From an uncultured Candidatus Saccharibacteria bacterium (GTDB lineage Bacteria > Patescibacteriota > Minisyncoccia > Phycocordibacterales > DATDWN01), in the NCBI GenBank assembly GCA_964387335.1, contig CAYLWA010000001.1:1-30241 (forward strand): a DNA stretch of 30,241 nt, read 5' to 3'. The notes below the pieces were generated by a model. That model was given only the letters and a program-made list of their open reading frames with translations, searched no databases and was not told the origin of the DNA. The position numbers and the translations under genes are program-made. Shown here piece by piece: positions 25,725 through 30,241 of this stretch (its first letter is position 1; each line of letters starts with the position of its first letter).

Positions 25725-25753
25725 AACAAAAACCCCTTTAAGGGGTTTTTGTT
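25725..25753 (+). terminator. Intrinsic terminator after the basic peptide gene
   Basis: 13-bp stem AACAAAAACCCCT / AGGGGTTTTTGTT, loop TTA, T-rich 3' side. Confidence 0.88.
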
Positions 25754-25777
25754 TTTATGGAAAAAAACTTTTATTTA

Positions 25778-25786
25778 TGCTATAAT
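25778..25786 (+). promoter_or_regulatory. Extended -10 promoter TGcTATAAT for secA
   Basis: TATAAT 25781-25786, ATG 25797 (10 nt spacer). Confidence 0.65.
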
Positions 25787-25796
25787 ACAGGTTCAT

Positions 25797-28250
25797 ATGA
25801 ATTTTTTAGACAAAATATTCGGTAGTATTAGTCAAAAGGAGATAAACTCTCTTATGCCTTTGGTTTCCAAAATAAATTCCTTAGAAAATCAGTATTCAAG
25901 CTTATCTGATAGTGATCTTAGATCTAAAACCGATTTGTTTAAAAAAAGAATTGCGGAAGGTCAGAATATAGATGATTTTTTAGATGAGATTTTTGCAACC
26001 GTTAGAGAGGCGATTAAAAGAACTCTAAATATTAGACCTTTTGATGTTCAACTTATAGGAGGTTTACTTTTGCATAAAGGTTTTATATCAGAAATGAAAA
26101 CCGGTGAAGGTAAAACAGTTGTTGCTTCATTTTCTGCTTACGCAAATGCTCTATCTGGAAAAGGTGTTCATGTTGTTACAGTAAATGACTACCTTTCAAA
26201 AAGAGATGGGGTTTCTATGGGGCAAGTTTATGATTTTCTGGGTTTGAGTGTTTCTGTGATCATTCACGATCAATCTTTTTTGTATGACAATACTCATAAA
26301 GAATTAGATGAGACGAGAGATAGTGTTTCTAATTTTAAAATAATTGAGCAATTTTTAAGAGAGTGTTCCAGAGGAAAAGCTTATTTAGCAGATATAACTT
26401 ATGGAACAAATAATGAGTTTGGTTTTGATTATCTTAGAGATAATTTGGAAAGAGATATAAGCAAACTAAGACAGAGAGGTTTTAATTATGCAATTGTTGA
26501 TGAGGTTGATTCTATACTTATAGATGAAGCAAGGACTCCACTTATTATTTCTTCACCTAAAACAGAATCAGAAGCTCTATACAAAAGATTTGCTGATATA
26601 GAGACAAAAATGATTAAAGATGTTGACTATACCGTTGATTACAAGTTTAGAACTATTGCTATGACAGAATCTGGTATAGAGAAAGTAGAAAAAATATTGG
26701 GTATAGAAAATATTTATACAAATAATGGTGTTGTTTTTGTTCATCATTTGGAAACCGCCATAAAGGCTGGTGCTTTGTTTACGAAAGATAAAGACTATGT
26801 TGTAAAAGATGGTGAGATTATCATTGTTGATGAGTTTACCGGAAGACTTCAACCGGGTAGAAGATGGTCAGAGGGTATACATCAGGCAATTGAAGCAAAA
26901 GAAGGTGTTAAGATTGGTGAGGAAACAAAAACTTTTGCTTCTATAACTTTTCAAAATTATTTTAGGATGTATAAAAAACTTTCTGGAATGACTGGTACTG
27001 CAATGACATCAAAAGAGGAGTTTTCAAAAGTTTATGGTTTAACTGTTGTTGAGGTTCCTACAAATAGACCAGTTGTTCGTCTGGATAAAAATGATTTAAT
27101 ATTTAAAACAGAGGTGGCAAAATTTAAAGCTATTGTTTCTGAAATTAAAAAAAGAAATCAAGTCGGTCAACCTGTTTTAGTTGGAACTGTTTCCATTGAA
27201 AAAAGTGAACTTCTTTCTAAATTTCTTTCTGCTTCCGGTGTTAAACACGAAATCTTAAATGCTAAAAATCATTTTAGAGAAGGGGAAATAATTGCCCAAG
27301 CGGGAAAAAAGGGAGCTGTAACTATTGCTACAAATATGGCGGGAAGAGGTGTTGATATAAAACTTGGAGGCAATCCAAATACAACTGAAAGTTATGAAGA
27401 AATAAAAAGACTGGGTGGTCTTTTGGTTATTGGAACAGAAAGACATGATGCAAGAAGGATAGACAATCAACTTCGTGGTAGATCAGGAAGACAAGGTGAC
27501 CCAGGAGAGACACAATTTTTTGTTTCTTTGGAAGATCATCTTATGAAAGTTTTTGGAGGGGATAGTTTCAAAAACACAATGGAAAAATTAGGATTTCCAG
27601 ATGACCTTCCTATTGAACATAAAGTGTTAAACAAAATGATAGAACAGGCTCAAAACAAAGTAGAAGGGTTTAATTTTGATGCAAGAAAGCATGTTCTAGA
27701 ATTTGATAATGTTTTAAATTATCAAAGAAATATTTTTTATGAAAGAAGAAGACAGATTTTGTCAGGTCAAGATCAAGAAGTATTAGATTATATAAAGAGC
27801 CTAAAAACTGATTTTGAGGATTTGGATATTGGTGAGGAGAGTTTAACTATTTATAAAAATAATTTACAAATAGTTAAAAATATTATTCTACAGACTTTTG
27901 ATATGTTTTGGGTTGAGCATTTGGAGGACATGGATTATCTAAGGAGTAGTGTAAATTTGAGAGCCTATGGACAAAGGGATCCTTTGGTAGAATATAAAAA
28001 AGAAGGTCTTTCTATGTTTAAAAAAATGGAGTCCAATATTAAAGCAGATGTAGTTAAGGTGGTTTCTAGTTTTTTAAATGATGTTAAGGATAATAAGCAA
28101 ATATTAAGTGTAAATGGTGGTCAAAATACTCAAATTACAGATATAAATAAAGTTAATGCTCCAAGAGATATTGATTTTAAAGATGTATCAAGAAATGATC
28201 TTTGTCCTTGTGGTTCTGGTAAGAAATTTAAAAAATGTCATGGTAAATAA
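25797..28250 (+). CDS. secA: Protein translocase ATPase SecA (817 aa) with C-terminal SEC-C metal-binding motif
   Basis: MKTGEGKT, VTVNDYL, YGTNNEFGFDYLRDN, DEVDSILIDEARTPLIIS, GMTGTA, ATNMAGRGVDI, QLRGRSGRQGDPG, CPCGSGKKFKKCH. Start moved to ATG 25797 (MNFLDKIFG). Confidence 0.98.
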   Translation: MNFLDKIFGSISQKEINSLMPLVSKINSLENQYSSLSDSDLRSKTDLFKKRIAEGQNIDDFLDEIFATVREAIKRTLNIRPFDVQLIGGLLLHKGFISEMKTGEGKTVVASFSAYANALSGKGVHVVTVNDYLSKRDGVSMGQVYDFLGLSVSVIIHDQSFLYDNTHKELDETRDSVSNFKIIEQFLRECSRGKAYLADITYGTNNEFGFDYLRDNLERDISKLRQRGFNYAIVDEVDSILIDEARTPLIISSPKTESEALYKRFADIETKMIKDVDYTVDYKFRTIAMTESGIEKVEKILGIENIYTNNGVVFVHHLETAIKAGALFTKDKDYVVKDGEIIIVDEFTGRLQPGRRWSEGIHQAIEAKEGVKIGEETKTFASITFQNYFRMYKKLSGMTGTAMTSKEEFSKVYGLTVVEVPTNRPVVRLDKNDLIFKTEVAKFKAIVSEIKKRNQVGQPVLVGTVSIEKSELLSKFLSASGVKHEILNAKNHFREGEIIAQAGKKGAVTIATNMAGRGVDIKLGGNPNTTESYEEIKRLGGLLVIGTERHDARRIDNQLRGRSGRQGDPGETQFFVSLEDHLMKVFGGDSFKNTMEKLGFPDDLPIEHKVLNKMIEQAQNKVEGFNFDARKHVLEFDNVLNYQRNIFYERRRQILSGQDQEVLDYIKSLKTDFEDLDIGEESLTIYKNNLQIVKNIILQTFDMFWVEHLEDMDYLRSSVNLRAYGQRDPLVEYKKEGLSMFKKMESNIKADVVKVVSSFLNDVKDNKQILSVNGGQNTQITDINKVNAPRDIDFKDVSRNDLCPCGSGKKFKKCHGK

Positions 28251-28258
28251 AAATTAAA

Positions 28259-28900
28259 ATGATAACTTCTTTTGTAACTTTTATAACAAATCTTGTTTTT
28301 CCTTTCGGTGCGCTCGGCGTCTTTTTTGCTGAATTTATAGAAGAGGTCATAGTTCCGATACCATCAGCTATGATTTTACTGGGGTCAGGATTTGTCTTTT
28401 TAAAAGGGGATTTCTGGACATTATCTTTTTTAAAGGATTGGTTATTTGTAGTTGTTCTTCCTGCAACATTAGGTTTAACAATGGGTTCGGTGGTTATATA
28501 TAAACTGGTTTATATATTTGAATCAAGCTTTATATCAAAGTTTGGTAAGGTTTTATCTATTTCACAAAAAGATATAGATAATATGAATGAAAGGTTGAAT
28601 TCCGGTAGGTTTGATGAGTTTTTTATAGTTTTAGCAAGGATTATACCAGTTGTCCCAAGTGTTCTTCTTGCTGTTTTTTGTGGAATAATCAAGATGCCTT
28701 TTAAAAAATATTTCACCTTAACATTTATAGGAGCTTTTTTTAGAGCACTCCTCCTTTCTTTTGTTGGTTTTTTAGTTGGTGATATATATACAAAATATGC
28801 AGATAAGATAGGTATGGTTGAAAATACAGTTTTCGTCTTCGTTATAGTATCTGTGATTGTATTTATAATATATAGAAAATTTTATAAAAATGTAGTATAA
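28259..28900 (+). CDS. DedA/VTT family membrane protein
   Basis: E.IEE...PIPS, GSVVIY, ARIIPVVP, G..KM.FKKY..LTFIG. Confidence 0.88.
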   Translation: MITSFVTFITNLVFPFGALGVFFAEFIEEVIVPIPSAMILLGSGFVFLKGDFWTLSFLKDWLFVVVLPATLGLTMGSVVIYKLVYIFESSFISKFGKVLSISQKDIDNMNERLNSGRFDEFFIVLARIIPVVPSVLLAVFCGIIKMPFKKYFTLTFIGAFFRALLLSFVGFLVGDIYTKYADKIGMVENTVFVFVIVSVIVFIIYRKFYKNVV

Positions 28901-28901
28901 T
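28873..28901 (+). promoter_or_regulatory. Promoter TAGAAA-17-TATAAT overlapping the dedA stop, leaderless into the thioredoxin-like gene
   Basis: TATAAT 28896-28901, ATG 28909 (7 nt spacer). Confidence 0.55.
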
Positions 28902-28908
28902 AGCCAAT

Positions 28909-29298
28909 ATGAAAAAAGGAATTATATTTATTTTAATAGTCGTGGTTTTGGTTCTAGGAGCCTCTCTTGTTTTAAAGAAGGACAACGGCCCATCACCTCT
29001 TGATGATTTTGCAACTTGTCTTAAAGACAAGGGAGCTGTTTTTTACGGCGCTTTTTGGTGTCCTCATTGTAGAGATCAAAAGAAAATGTTTGGTGCCTCT
29101 GTAAAAAAATTACCTTATGTTGAATGTTCAACTGCCGACGGTCAATCTCAACTTCCTGTATGTAAAGATAAAAATATAACAGGTTATCCAACTTGGGATT
29201 TTCAAGTTGGGACAACAACAGAGAGAGTCACAGGTTTAGTTCCACTTAAAGATCTATCAGAAAAAACAGGTTGTATGCTACCAGATAGTTTTAAATAA
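28909..29298 (+). CDS. Membrane-anchored extracytoplasmic thioredoxin-like oxidoreductase (VKOR-partner type)
   Basis: N-terminal hydrophobic anchor; FYGAFWCPHC..QK..FG...YVEC...C...I.GYPTW. Confidence 0.85.
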   Translation: MKKGIIFILIVVVLVLGASLVLKKDNGPSPLDDFATCLKDKGAVFYGAFWCPHCRDQKKMFGASVKKLPYVECSTADGQSQLPVCKDKNITGYPTWDFQVGTTTERVTGLVPLKDLSEKTGCMLPDSFK

Positions 29299-29299
29299 A

Positions 29300-29824
29300 A
29301 TGGACTTTTCAATTTTAAGTAAAATCATATCATTGTTCGTATTGGTTTCAAATGTTTTATTTGTAATCTTTTTGATTTTGTATTTTACAAATAGGGGATT
29401 TAAAACAATTATAAAAGAATTTATAAAAAATAATATTTTATTTATTTTGATTGTGCCAATACTCGCTTCTATCTTAGGTAGTTTGATGTATTCAGAAATA
29501 TTAGGGTTTAAACCTTGTGTCTTGTGCTGGTATCAAAGAATAATAATATACCCACAATTTATACTACTTGCGGTGGCCATAAAAAATAAATATAAAGATA
29601 TTGTTGATTATTTAATCCCGTTTAATGTTATAGGATTTTTAATATCTTTTTATCAGACATATTCAAATTGGACAGGAACTTCTCTATTGCCATGCACAGC
29701 TTCTGGGGGAGAGTGTTCTAGAATATATGTTTTAGATTTTGGTTATATAACAATACCTTTTATGGCACTTTCTGTATTTGTTTATATGTTAGTTGTATCA
29801 TTTATATACAAGACAGATAAATAA
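29300..29824 (+). CDS. dsbB: Disulfide bond formation protein DsbB/BdbC family
   Basis: LMYSEILGFKPCVLCWYQRI..YP, second Cys pair PCTASGGEC, GYITIPFMAL; four transmembrane segments. Confidence 0.9.
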   Translation: MDFSILSKIISLFVLVSNVLFVIFLILYFTNRGFKTIIKEFIKNNILFILIVPILASILGSLMYSEILGFKPCVLCWYQRIIIYPQFILLAVAIKNKYKDIVDYLIPFNVIGFLISFYQTYSNWTGTSLLPCTASGGECSRIYVLDFGYITIPFMALSVFVYMLVVSFIYKTDK

Positions 29825-29864
29825 AATATTTTAAATATTTTTTACAATTAATCATTATCTCAAA

Positions 29865-30241
29865 ATGTTCTTAAAAAACTTTTTTAAGAAAAAAATAACC
29901 ATAGTAACTCATAGTGGAAATTTTCACGCTGATGATGTTTTTGCGGTTGCAACTCTTTGTCTATTTTTAGAAGAAAAATATAAAATCAGTATAATAAGAA
30001 CACGAGATTTAGAAATTATAAAAAAGGCAGATTATGTTGTTGATGTTGGACATATATATGACAAAAATTTAAACAGGTTTGATCACCATCAGGGAACAGC
30101 GGGTAATCACAAAGAAGGCATCCCATTTGCTTCATTTGGTTTAGTTTGGGATCATTTTGGATTAAAATTATCATCAAATAATCTTAAAGTTTTTGAAGAG
30201 TTTAAAAAGATTTTAGTATTACCAATAGATGCCACCGACAA
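29865..30241 (+). CDS. MYG1-family (UPF0160, DHH-fold) exonuclease, 3' truncated by window
   Basis: Missed by the ORF track. MFLKNFFKKKITIVTHSGNFHADDVFAVA...IRTRD...DYVVDVG...RFDHHQ...ASFGLVWDHFG...VLPIDATD. Confidence 0.92.
   Translation, partial: MFLKNFFKKKITIVTHSGNFHADDVFAVATLCLFLEEKYKISIIRTRDLEIIKKADYVVDVGHIYDKNLNRFDHHQGTAGNHKEGIPFASFGLVWDHFGLKLSSNNLKVFEEFKKILVLPIDATD

Noticed and set aside
860-29218. Short antisense or alternate-frame ORFs inside long genes (860, 1802, 2701, 2979, 5924, 6464, 7470, 7839, 9987, 11033, 22695, 24591, 26577, 27255, 28510, 29021)
   Set aside because: All overlap well-supported genes, show no motifs and have the composition expected of shadow frames in AT-rich DNA.
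1-30241. Alternative genetic code 25/4 (TGA = Gly/Trp)
   Set aside because: Genes end cleanly at TGA (4834, 10234, 12969) with coupled downstream starts, Trp is TGG, and the long ORFs are complete under code 11.

Overview
Very AT-rich bacterial chromosome segment, standard code 11 (TGA is a stop), almost all genes on the + strand. Gene content and style point to a Patescibacteria/CPR (Parcubacteria-like) genome; this is inference, since no marker gene is present. Order: 3' end of a surface protein (Ig-like plus InlB-B-repeat-like domains), secD, secF, an orphan VirD4/TrwB-like ATPase, and a ~20 kb surface-glycan locus. That locus has 5 GT4, 2 GT2, GtrA, 2 GT-C, a HAD-UbiA fusion, an SDR, 2 methyltransferases, a TupA ATP-grasp, DUF362, Wzx and an O-antigen-ligase/TPR protein. 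Then come a ~610-bp intergenic region, secA, DedA, a thioredoxin-like protein, DsbB and a partial MYG1-family gene. Two highlights. (1) A mycobacterial-like lipid-linked pentofuranose module: an AftB-like GT-C next to a YqeG-type phosphatase fused to a polyprenyl-phosphate phosphoribosyltransferase, with a coupled extended SDR and no DprE1/DprE2 in the window. (2) The region before secA holds three apparently independent tiny transcription units missed by the ORF track: a GNRA-capped structured RNA with SRP-domain-IV-like geometry, a long U-G-wobble hairpin RNA whose loop is complementary to the first RNA, and a 22-aa Lys/Ala peptide gene. It also holds a perfect DnaA box inside an inverted repeat. 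Many genes appear leaderless (TATAAT 6-10 nt before ATG). All family calls come from motifs read by eye; no searches were run.
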